A stretch of 64,000 nucleotides of DNA from Rubricoccaceae bacterium (GTDB taxonomy: Bacteria; Bacteroidota; Rhodothermia; Rhodothermales; Rubricoccaceae). The notes below the pieces were generated by a model. That model searched no databases, had not been told where the DNA came from, and worked only from the letters and a program-made list of their open reading frames with translations. The translations under genes were made by a program, and so were the position numbers. Where the stretch lies: NCBI GenBank assembly GCA_963728345.1, contig CAVSJM010000007.1:81155-145154 (forward strand). Direction: 5' to 3'. This document shows positions 19,509 to 27,455 of the stretch, in pieces. How positions within the stretch are numbered: position 1 is the first letter of the stretch; each line of letters begins with the position of its first letter.

Positions 19509-20483
19509 CTAGGGCGTGGGGGCGGGCTCGGTCGGCGTCGCCTGTCCGTCGCCGCCCGCGGCGGCCTCGATGGCCTCGATGGCGGTGCGGGCGGCCTTGC
19601 GAATCTTGCCGACGATCTCGGCGGACGGTCGGAGCGCCGCGAAGGCCACGAGGTCGGTGGGCAGGAGGGCCCGGCGCACGGCGTCGGCGGCGGGCTCGGG
19701 AACGCGCGGGTCGGCGCGGAGGGCGGCGTCGAGTTCGTCGGTCGTCGCCTCGCGGGCGGGGAGGCGGAGGCGGCGGGCGAGGTAGGTGCGGAGCGCGGCG
19801 CGGACGGCGTCGACGTGGGCCTCGATGGCGGCGGGGTCCGTCGGCGTCTCGGCGTCGAGCTCCGCGAGGCGGGCGAGGGCGGCGGGGTAGGGGGCCACGG
19901 GCGGCGGCGCGGGCGTCGGGCGGCGGAGCAGGCGGACGAGCCCCCAGGCGGCCCCGCCGAGCAGGAGGAGGCCGAGCGCGCCGAGGACGACGAGCGCGGG
20001 CGTCGGGCTGGGGAAGGCGTCTGGCGGACCGACGGGCGCCGGCTCGTGCGGCGGCGGGCCGGCGAGTTCAGAGCGGATCGGGACGCGCACGGCGCCGGCC
20101 GTGGCGAACACGGTGTCCGGGCCGGCAGCGAGACGGACGGTCACCGGTCCCACGCGCGCCGAGTCGACGGCGAAGGCAGCGACGGTGTAGACCACGCTGT
20201 CGGTGCGCGCTGAGCCGCGGGCCGTGGGCGGGAACCGGCGCACGGCGAACGCTTCCACCTCGCCCAGCATCCGGAGCGGTTCCGCCTCGGGGTCGGCGAG
20301 GGGGACCTCGGGGAAGACGGCCGAACGGCCCGGCGCGTGGTCCACGGCGACGGCCACCTCGAACCGCTCGCCGATCGAGACGCTGTCGGCGAGCACGTGG
20401 AGCCGCGCCGTCTGGGCGGACGCCGTGCCTCCGATCAGGACGGTCAGGAGGAGCAGGGCCAGGAGGAGCAGGGCGCGCCTCAT
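19509..20483 (-). CDS. Bat-cluster membrane protein (DUF4381/BatD-like N-terminal Ig domain + TM)
   Basis: Signal peptide, beta-rich domain, single TM, then the YPAALARL...LRTYL...EATTDEL...DLVAFA pattern typical of the gene between DUF58 and batA. Confidence 0.7.
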   Translation of the reverse strand: MRRALLLLALLLLTVLIGGTASAQTARLHVLADSVSIGERFEVAVAVDHAPGRSAVFPEVPLADPEAEPLRMLGEVEAFAVRRFPPTARGSARTDSVVYTVAAFAVDSARVGPVTVRLAAGPDTVFATAGAVRVPIRSELAGPPPHEPAPVGPPDAFPSPTPALVVLGALGLLLLGGAAWGLVRLLRRPTPAPPPVAPYPAALARLAELDAETPTDPAAIEAHVDAVRAALRTYLARRLRLPAREATTDELDAALRADPRVPEPAADAVRRALLPTDLVAFAALRPSAEIVGKIRKAARTAIEAIEAAAGGDGQATPTEPAPTP

Positions 20484-21373
20484 CGCATCCCCCTCACGCG
20501 CTGGCGGAAGAAGGCCGAGAGCGGCTCCACGTAGTCCTCGTCGGTCCGGAGCGTGACGTGGTCCACGCGGGCCTGCCGGAGGGCGGACTCCGCGCGGGCG
20601 GCGCGCGTGGCGGCGCGGCGCGCGAACGCCTCCCGGACACGGGCGCTGGATGTGTCGACGAGCGCCGGCCGGCCCGTTTCGGCGTCCACCACGCGCAGGA
20701 GCCCGACGGCCGGGAGCGTCTCCTCGCGCGGGTCCACGAGGCGGATGGCCACGACGTCGTGCTTCTGCGAGAGGACCCGGAGCGACCGCGTGACGCCGGT
20801 CTCGCTGCCGGTCGGGACGAGGAAGTCGCTCACGAGGATCACGATCGCGCGGCGCCGCTGGACGCGCAGAACATGTTCGAGCGCCACCGTCACGTCGGTC
20901 CCCCGGCTCTGGGGCACGTGGGCGAACAGGTCGCGGAGGAGGCGGAGCACGTGGCGCTTCCCCTTCCGCGGCGGCACGAACCGCTCGACGCGGTCGGTGA
21001 AGAGGACGAGGCCGACCTTGTCGCTGTTGCGGAGGGCCGAGAACCCGAGGACGGCGCAGACCTCGGCCGCGAGGTCGCGTTTGACCCCCTCGCCGCTCCC
21101 GAAGTCCTCGCTCCCCGACACGTCGACGACGAGCATGAGCGTCTGCTCGCGCTCCTCCTCGAACAGCTTCACGTAGGGCTCGCCGGTGCGCGCCGACACG
21201 TTCCAGTCGATGGACCGCACGTCGTCGCCGATCTGGTACGGGCGGACCTCGGCGAACTCGATCCCGCGCCCCTTGAACGCCGAGTGGTACTCGCCCCCGA
21301 ACACGTCGTCCACCAGCCCGCGCGTGCGGACCTCGACGTGGCGGATCTTCTTGAACAGCTCGCGGGGGATCAC
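20480..21373 (-). CDS. DUF58 (vWA-like MoxR partner) protein
   Basis: Start at GTG (IPRELFKKIR). GEYHSAFKGRGIEFAEVRPYQIGDDVRSIDWNVSAR, EEERE, VVDVSGS, LVSDF. Confidence 0.93.
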   Translation of the reverse strand: MIPRELFKKIRHVEVRTRGLVDDVFGGEYHSAFKGRGIEFAEVRPYQIGDDVRSIDWNVSARTGEPYVKLFEEEREQTLMLVVDVSGSEDFGSGEGVKRDLAAEVCAVLGFSALRNSDKVGLVLFTDRVERFVPPRKGKRHVLRLLRDLFAHVPQSRGTDVTVALEHVLRVQRRRAIVILVSDFLVPTGSETGVTRSLRVLSQKHDVVAIRLVDPREETLPAVGLLRVVDAETGRPALVDTSSARVREAFARRAATRAARAESALRQARVDHVTLRTDEDYVEPLSAFFRQRVRGMR

Positions 21374-21375
21374 GG

Positions 21376-21507
21376 GGTGACGAGTGAAGAGTGAGGGGCG
21401 ACGGGCCTGCGGGCCCGCTCGGTTCAGCGGGAACGGCGTGCCAGCGACTAGATTACTCCCGACCGTCGTGGGTGACGGGACGCCCCTCACCCATCTCTCA
21501 TCGCCCC
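21376..21507. repeat. Two outward-facing degenerate 7-bp arrays in the DUF58/purQ divergent intergenic region
   Basis: Plus strand at 21377-21404: GTGACGA GTGAAGA GTGAGGG GCGACGG. Minus strand of 21482-21507: GCGATGA GAGATGG GTGAGGG. GGTGACGAGTGAAG (21376-21389) is the exact reverse complement of 18746-18759. Confidence 0.5.
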
Positions 21508-21516
21508 CGTTTTCGC

Positions 21517-22236
21517 ATGGCCAAGGTCGCCGTCCTCGTCTTCCCCGGGTCCAACTGCGACCACGACGCCTACCACGCCACGAAGCACGTGTTCGGGCAG
21601 GACGCCCGGTTCGTGTGGCACAAGGAGGGCTCCATCGGCGACGCCGACCTCGTGATCGTCCCCGGCGGGTTCTCCTACGGCGACTACCTCCGGGCCGGGG
21701 CCATCGCGCGGTTCTCGCCCGTGATGAAGGACGTGGTCCGGTTCGCCGGGACGGGCGGGCTCGTGATGGGCGTGTGCAACGGGTTCCAGGTGCTGTGCGA
21801 GGCCGGCCTCCTGCCCGGCGCGCTCATCCGCAACGCGAGCCTCCGGTTCGCCTGCAAGGACGTCCGCCTCCGCGTCGAGACCACGGGGACGCCGTTCACG
21901 TCGTCCCTCGCGGAGGGCCAACTCCTGACGGTCCCGGTCGCCCACGGCGAGGGCAACTACGTCGCCGACGAGGCCACGCTAGACGAGCTGGAGGACGAGG
22001 GCCGCGTCGTCTTCCGCTACGTCGACGCCCACGGGGAGGCGACGCCCGAGGCCAACCCGAACGGATCGGCCCGCAACATCGCGGGGATCGCGAATGTACC
22101 CGGCAACGTGCTCGGCATGATGCCGCACCCGGAGCGCTGCGTAGAGGCCGTCCTCGGCCACGCCGGCGCCGACGGCGCGCACATCTTCCGCTCCGTGCTC
22201 GCCTACCTCGGCGAATCGGTCGGCGCGCCCGCCTAG
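21517..22236 (+). CDS. purQ: Phosphoribosylformylglycinamidine synthase subunit PurQ
   Basis: [47 protein letters not shown]. Start at ATG 21517. Confidence 0.97.
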   Translation: MAKVAVLVFPGSNCDHDAYHATKHVFGQDARFVWHKEGSIGDADLVIVPGGFSYGDYLRAGAIARFSPVMKDVVRFAGTGGLVMGVCNGFQVLCEAGLLPGALIRNASLRFACKDVRLRVETTGTPFTSSLAEGQLLTVPVAHGEGNYVADEATLDELEDEGRVVFRYVDAHGEATPEANPNGSARNIAGIANVPGNVLGMMPHPERCVEAVLGHAGADGAHIFRSVLAYLGESVGAPA

Positions 22237-22237
22237 C

Positions 22238-22708
22238 GTGGTCGAGGCCACGGCCCGGATCGACCGCACCTTCCGGCTGGTCGCGCCGCCAGGCGCCGCC
22301 TGGGCGCTCCTCGCCGACGTGCCGCGCTGGGGTCACCTGTTCCCCCACGTCACGGCCGTCGAGCCCTTCTCCGAGGCCGGGCCCGACGCCTACCGCTGGA
22401 CCCTGGCGCCCCTCGGCCCGCCCGGCGCGCGCGTCGGGACGGTCTATGCCTGCCGCTACCGCCGCCAGCCCGACGCGCACCTCCTGACGTGGATGCCCGT
22501 CGAGGGCGTCGGCAACGCGCGGTTCGCTGGGGCGGTCCGGCTGGAGCCCGACGGCGGCGGGACGGCCGGGACGCTCCGGCTCGTGGCGACGTTGCAGATC
22601 CCGGCGCCCGCGTTCTTCCACGCCGTCGTGGAGCCGGCCGTAACTCTCGAAATGGGACGGATGACGGACACCTTTCTGGGGCGCCTCGACGAGGCGTCGG
22701 CACCCTGA
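22238..22708 (+). CDS. SRPBCC/CoxG-like (START-fold) protein
   Basis: AWALLADVPRWGHLFP N-terminal motif, beta-strand core, C-terminal helix. Confidence 0.7.
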   Translation: MVEATARIDRTFRLVAPPGAAWALLADVPRWGHLFPHVTAVEPFSEAGPDAYRWTLAPLGPPGARVGTVYACRYRRQPDAHLLTWMPVEGVGNARFAGAVRLEPDGGGTAGTLRLVATLQIPAPAFFHAVVEPAVTLEMGRMTDTFLGRLDEASAP

Positions 22709-22888
22709 CGCGGTCCGAAGTCGGCCTACGCTGCCCGGAGGGGCGGCAGGGGCGTGAAGAACTCTGCGCCGAGGAGGCCAGAGCAACACATGGTGAACAG
22801 GTGTCGTTCATTGCGGCGCTCGGACCCACTTCCCCGAGCGCCCGGTGATCGCTCCCGGGACGGTTGTTTCACCCATACCCACACAACC

Positions 22889-23140
22889 ATGTTTACTCGT
22901 ATCGCTCTCTTCGCCCTTGCCCTGTCGCTCCCGCTCGCCGCCTGCGAGACGGAGCCGGCCGAGGGAGACACCATCACCATCGAGACGCCCGACGTTGAGG
23001 GAACCGTCGACGACGCTGCGGCGGAGATCGACGCGGCGGCCGACGACGCGGCAGCCGAGGTCGACGACGCCGCTCAGGACGCCGAGGCCACGATCGACGA
23101 CGCCGCGTCGGACGTCGAGGCCGCCGCCGACAGCCTCTAG
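22889..23140 (+). CDS. Small acidic lipoprotein with four 11-aa repeats
   Basis: MFTRIALFALALSLPLAAC lipobox. C-terminal 44 aa are VDDAAAEIDAA/ADDAAAEVDDA/AQDAEATIDDA/ASDVEAAADSL. Followed by a strong hairpin. Confidence 0.8.
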   Translation: MFTRIALFALALSLPLAACETEPAEGDTITIETPDVEGTVDDAAAEIDAAADDAAAEVDDAAQDAEATIDDAASDVEAAADSL

Positions 23141-23168
23141 GCGCTTCCTGGACGTTCCGACGTTCCTG

Positions 23169-23202
23169 CGCGGGGCGGTCTCCTTCGGGGGACCGCCCCG
23201 CG
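23169..23202. terminator. Stem-loop between convergent genes (likely bidirectional terminator)
   Basis: 15-bp stem CGCGGGGCGGTCTCC/GGGGACCGCCCCGCG with one G-U pair and a cUUCGg loop, followed by TCGTTT. Confidence 0.75.
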
Positions 23203-23214
23203 TCGTTTAAGGGG

Positions 23215-24000
23215 CTAGGGGCCGGCGGGGACCGCGTCGAGGATCTCGACGGTTGCGTCGATGAGGCTGTCGGCGTCGGCGAGGCCGGGCCAGGCGAAGG
23301 TCCGGAACGCGACTGCGTCGCCGTGGAACACGTTGAGGTCAACGGGCCCCTGGACACCCGGGAGTCGGCCGGCTTTCGACCACTGCCAGAGCGTCCACGC
23401 GCGCCCGCGTTCCAGGTGCGGCTCAACGACGAGGTTCTGGATCCAGACGGGGCTCTCGGGATAGCGCCCCTCCACGAAGTCCGGGTACGACTCGTACACG
23501 GCGTAGAGGACCGGCGCGTAGCCGAGCGAGTCGGTCACGATCTGGAGGAATCGGTCCAGGCGCGGGCTGACGGCGTCCGGGCTCCCGAAGTCTTCGCAGT
23601 TGCCCCCGTACTCCACGTCGACGGCGAGCGGGAGGGCGCCGCGCTCGCGCGGGACCGTCCGGAGCACGTGGGCGGCCTGCTCCTCGGGTGCGCGGCAGAA
23701 GGTGAAGAAGTGGTACGCCCCGCGCGGGATGCCGGCCGCCGCGGCGCCCCGCCAGTTTCGTGCGAACAGCGGATCGGTCCAGTCGCCGCCCTCCGTCGCC
23801 TTGAGGTAGGCGAAGTCGACGCCGGCCTCGGCGAGCGTGGGCCAGTCGATCTCGCCCTGGTGCCGGGAGACGTCGACGCCGTAGAGCGGGTAGCGCGAGG
23901 GGTCCGGCTGGGCCGGCGTCCACCGCCCCGTGTCGACGAGCCAGTAGGCCAGCGACGCGATGGCGACGAACCAGAAGAGGGCGAAGAGCGTGAGGCGCAT
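23215..24000 (-). CDS. GH25 muramidase (lysozyme M1 family) with N-terminal membrane anchor
   Basis: GVDVSRHQGEIDW, YLKATEG, RGAYHFF, DxE motif VDVEY, WTLWQWS, VDLNVF. Confidence 0.92.
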   Translation of the reverse strand: MRLTLFALFWFVAIASLAYWLVDTGRWTPAQPDPSRYPLYGVDVSRHQGEIDWPTLAEAGVDFAYLKATEGGDWTDPLFARNWRGAAAAGIPRGAYHFFTFCRAPEEQAAHVLRTVPRERGALPLAVDVEYGGNCEDFGSPDAVSPRLDRFLQIVTDSLGYAPVLYAVYESYPDFVEGRYPESPVWIQNLVVEPHLERGRAWTLWQWSKAGRLPGVQGPVDLNVFHGDAVAFRTFAWPGLADADSLIDATVEILDAVPAGP

Positions 24001-24025
24001 CCCGGAAGATCGCCCCAGACGGCCG

Positions 24026-25522
24026 CTACAGCGCGTCGAGCGCCGCCTGGCGCCGTTCCAGCGCCTCCTTCTCGCGGAGGATCGTCGGCGGCGCGGCGCG
24101 GACGCGGCAGTCCGCGATCGGGCACCGCTCGCACGTCAGGCTCACGTCGATGCGGGGGATCGCCGGGTCGTCCCAGAACCGGACCGTCCGCTTGGTGGCG
24201 CGCGTGAGGCGCAGGCCGAGCGAGATAGCCGAGTTGACGCCGGGGCGGAGCGCGAGCGGACGTGCGATGGCGACCACGAAGAAGTCGCCGCCCTCCGACG
24301 CGCCGGCGGCTCCCTCCACGAAGTGCTGCCGCTGCGCCGCGACGACGGGCCCGTTGTCTACGTCGCCGCGCCCGGCCGCGCGCGCCTGCCGGCGGTCGAG
24401 CTCGGCGAGGGCCTGGAGCGACGGCCACCGACGGCAGTAGTGCTCCTCGGCGGCGACGCCGTGGGGCACGGGCACGCGGCTCAGGTTGAACGTCTTGGTC
24501 AGGTCCACGCGGCCGGCCGCGGACTCGTGGTGGAAGCGGAGGAGGTACAGCTCCTCCAGCCCGAGCGCCTCCGGGACCCGCTGCGTGAGCCGGTGGAGGA
24601 ACATCTCGGGCGTCGAGTGGAACCGGCGGAGGAGGGTGAGGAACCCCTCGGGGTCCCACGTCTCCGACTCCGCGAGGTCGGTGAGCACCGCGTCGATCTC
24701 GACGGCGGGGAGGAGGAGAGCGCCGGCCACGTACGAGCCCCGGAAGTTGTCGAGGACGGCCTCGAAGCGGTCGACGGTGACCCAGGGCGAGGTGAGCGGT
24801 CGGTGCGCGGCGTCGATCTCCTGGAACGCCAGCTCGCGCGCGTAGAGGAACGCGAGCTGCTCGTCGTGCAGCCCCCCGTTGACGTAGAGCGTCGGGCCGT
24901 CGGGCGAGAGGACGGAGCGGAACGCCTTCAGCTCCGGATCGGCCGGGAGCGTCTCCGTGTCGATCCGGTAGCCCGTGGCTTCGAGGGCCGCGCGGAGCGC
25001 CGCGGCGTCCCACGTCCCGTCAATCCCGAGGCGCGCGCGGAGCCGCTCGGCGGCGGCTTCGAGGTCCGGGAAGTGGTTGCCGTGGATCTGCTGGTAGGCC
25101 CGGAGCGCGGCGAGGAGGAAGTGCTCTACACGGGCGTCGTAGGCCCGGCTCATGTCGGCCACGGCCTGCACGAGCGCGCCCGACTTGTCCGGCACGCCGG
25201 CGAGGAGCTGGACGATGTCCTCGGCGTCGACGCCGAACAGGTCGAACGGGAACGAGCGGAGGAGCGGGCTCTCGATGGCGTCCTTGACGGCCCCCAGCCC
25301 CTTGTCCACACGGAGCGAGACGAGGTCGTCGTAGGGGACGCCGAGCGCGTGCGCGAGGTCGACGATCTTGCCCGGCTTGGGGTACTTCTTGCCCTGCTCG
25401 ATCTCTGAGAGGTAGCTGACCGAGAGGCCGGCCTGCTGGGCCAGCTCTTTCAGCCCCAGGCCGCGTTCCTGGCGGAGGGCGCGGAGCTTGACGCCGAGGA
25501 TGAGGCGGAGACGGTCGGGCAT
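24026..25522 (-). CDS. XRE-family short-chain acyl-CoA regulator (RamB/PrpR/ScfR-like), divergent from aceBA
   Basis: N-terminal XRE HTH (LRALRQERGL...LSVSYLSEIEQG), GNHFPDLEAAA, degenerate ImmA-like segment, HYC, and C-terminal CERCPIADC. Confidence 0.85.
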   Translation of the reverse strand: MPDRLRLILGVKLRALRQERGLGLKELAQQAGLSVSYLSEIEQGKKYPKPGKIVDLAHALGVPYDDLVSLRVDKGLGAVKDAIESPLLRSFPFDLFGVDAEDIVQLLAGVPDKSGALVQAVADMSRAYDARVEHFLLAALRAYQQIHGNHFPDLEAAAERLRARLGIDGTWDAAALRAALEATGYRIDTETLPADPELKAFRSVLSPDGPTLYVNGGLHDEQLAFLYARELAFQEIDAAHRPLTSPWVTVDRFEAVLDNFRGSYVAGALLLPAVEIDAVLTDLAESETWDPEGFLTLLRRFHSTPEMFLHRLTQRVPEALGLEELYLLRFHHESAAGRVDLTKTFNLSRVPVPHGVAAEEHYCRRWPSLQALAELDRRQARAAGRGDVDNGPVVAAQRQHFVEGAAGASEGGDFFVVAIARPLALRPGVNSAISLGLRLTRATKRTVRFWDDPAIPRIDVSLTCERCPIADCRVRAAPPTILREKEALERRQAALDAL

Positions 25523-25623
25523 GGCGGGGTGGGACGACGAGGCAGAGGGTAAGCGCTTCCCGACTTCGCTGCCAGCGGATAGGCCAGAGAAAAATCGGGG
25601 CCCAAGAGCGATATCCGGTGTTT

Positions 25624-25682
25624 GAGAAATTACGCTGGCGAAATTACGCAGCGTAGTTTTATCATTGGCGAAGTTTCGCTAA
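25624..25682. promoter_or_regulatory. Putative operator array for the RamB-like regulator
   Basis: Three copies of GCGAA-N2-TTCGC: GAGAAATTACGC (25624-35), GCGAAATTACGC (25638-49), and TTGGCGAAGTTTCGCTAA (25665-82, near-perfect palindrome). They sit in an AT-rich patch just upstream of the aceB start. Confidence 0.7.
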
Positions 25683-25700
25683 CACCTCCTGCCGCAGCTC

Positions 25701-27422
25701 ATGCCCTTCCAGCCTGTCCCCACCGCCGTCCCCGGCGTCACCCTCCACGCCGGCGCCGACACCGCCGCGGCCCGCCGCGTCCTCACGCCTGACGCCCTCG
25801 CCCTGGTGGCGAGGCTCGCCCGTGCCCTCCGCGCCGACCGCCACGCGCTCCTTCGGGCACGCGCCGAGCGTCAGGAACGGTGGGACCTGGGCATGCTCCC
25901 CGGGCGTCTCGGCGTCGACGCCCCGGAGGGGGCGGACGGCGACTGGCGCGTCGCGCCGCTCCCGGCCGATCTCCTCACGCGGCGCGTCGAGATCACCGGG
26001 CCCGTGAACGACACCCGGATGGTGATCAACATGCTCTCGCGCGGGGCCGACGGCGAACGCGCCGACGCGGCCATGCTCGACTTCGAGGACAGCATGAAGC
26101 CGGCATGGTCGAACGTGGTCGCCGGCGTCGAGAACGTGATCGGCGCCGCCCGGGGCGACCTGCGCGCCGTCAAGACCGACGCGGAGGGCGCTGTCGTCAA
26201 GGAATACGGCCTCGACCCGGACGACCAGCCGCTCCTCATGGTCCGCGTCCGCGGCCTCCACCTCACCGAGGCCAACGTCCGCGTGGACGACGAGCCCGTC
26301 GCCTCGGGTCTCCTCGACCTCGCCCTCTGCGCCTACCACACGGCGAACGACCTCGTGGAGCAGGGGAAGACGCCGACGTACTACGTCCCGAAGGTGGAGC
26401 ACCACCTAGAGGCGCGCTGGTGGAGCCGTCTGTTCTCGCTCCTGGAGGACGAGCTGAGCCTGGAGCGCTCGACGCTCCGCGCCACCTTCCTCATCGAGAC
26501 GCTCCCCGCCGCGCTCCAGATGGAGTCGATCCTCTACGAGGTGCGGGAGCACGCCGCGGGCCTCAACGGCGGCCGCTGGGACAAGATCTTCTCCGACATC
26601 AAGTGCCTCCGCGCGCACCCCGACCGCGTCCTCGCCGACCGGGCGAGCATCGGGATGAACCGGCCCTGGATGCGCCAGTACGCGATGGAGCTGATCCGCG
26701 TCTGCCACACACACGGCGCCTTCGCGATGGGCGGGATGGCCGCCTTCACGCCCGGCCGCGACGCCGCGCGCCGCGAGGAGCAGACGGCGAAGGTGGTCGC
26801 GGACAAGGAGTTCGAGGCCTCCATCGGCCACGACGGCTGCTGGGTCTCGCACCCCTACTTCATCGGCCCCGCAATGCAGCCGTTCCTCGACGTCCTCGGC
26901 GACCGGACCCACCAGCTCGGCGTGATCCCGGACCTGCCCGATGAGCCCGACCTCATGCCACAGGGCAGCGGGCCGTACACCATGGAGGGCCTGCGGACGA
27001 ACGTCCGCGTCGGGATCGCCTACATGAAGGGCTGGAACGAAGACGTCGGATGCGTGGCCTGGGACGACCTGATGGAGGACCTGGCGACGCTCGAGATCAG
27101 CCGTGCGCAGGTGTGGCAGTGGTGCGCCCACAGCGTCACGCTGGAGAGTGGGGAGGCCGTCACCCGCGACCTCGTCCGCCGCGTGTTCGCCCAGGAGAAG
27201 GAGCAGATCCTGGTCGGCCTCTGCGACACGTACGCCGACGACTGCCAGACGCTCGGCCGCGAGATGGCCGCCTATGCCTGCGCGGCCGACGACGCACGCG
27301 CCGTGTTCCTGGAGTCCGAGATGCGCCCGTTCCTCGCGACCACCTCCGACCTGGCCGAGCGCCCCGCCCCCACACCGACGGGTGACGGAGCCTCCGTGGA
27401 GGCCGTCCCCGTCCCCGCCTGA
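25701..27422 (+). CDS. aceB: Malate synthase A
   Basis: RRVEITGP, DFEDS, VRVRGLHL, YVPKVE, FLIET, GRWD, GGMAA, GHDGCWVSHP, LMEDLATLEISR. Confidence 0.93.
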   Translation: MPFQPVPTAVPGVTLHAGADTAAARRVLTPDALALVARLARALRADRHALLRARAERQERWDLGMLPGRLGVDAPEGADGDWRVAPLPADLLTRRVEITGPVNDTRMVINMLSRGADGERADAAMLDFEDSMKPAWSNVVAGVENVIGAARGDLRAVKTDAEGAVVKEYGLDPDDQPLLMVRVRGLHLTEANVRVDDEPVASGLLDLALCAYHTANDLVEQGKTPTYYVPKVEHHLEARWWSRLFSLLEDELSLERSTLRATFLIETLPAALQMESILYEVREHAAGLNGGRWDKIFSDIKCLRAHPDRVLADRASIGMNRPWMRQYAMELIRVCHTHGAFAMGGMAAFTPGRDAARREEQTAKVVADKEFEASIGHDGCWVSHPYFIGPAMQPFLDVLGDRTHQLGVIPDLPDEPDLMPQGSGPYTMEGLRTNVRVGIAYMKGWNEDVGCVAWDDLMEDLATLEISRAQVWQWCAHSVTLESGEAVTRDLVRRVFAQEKEQILVGLCDTYADDCQTLGREMAAYACAADDARAVFLESEMRPFLATTSDLAERPAPTPTGDGASVEAVPVPA

Positions 27423-27455
27423 TCCGTCCGCCCCGCTTTCCCTTCCCCGAAACCC

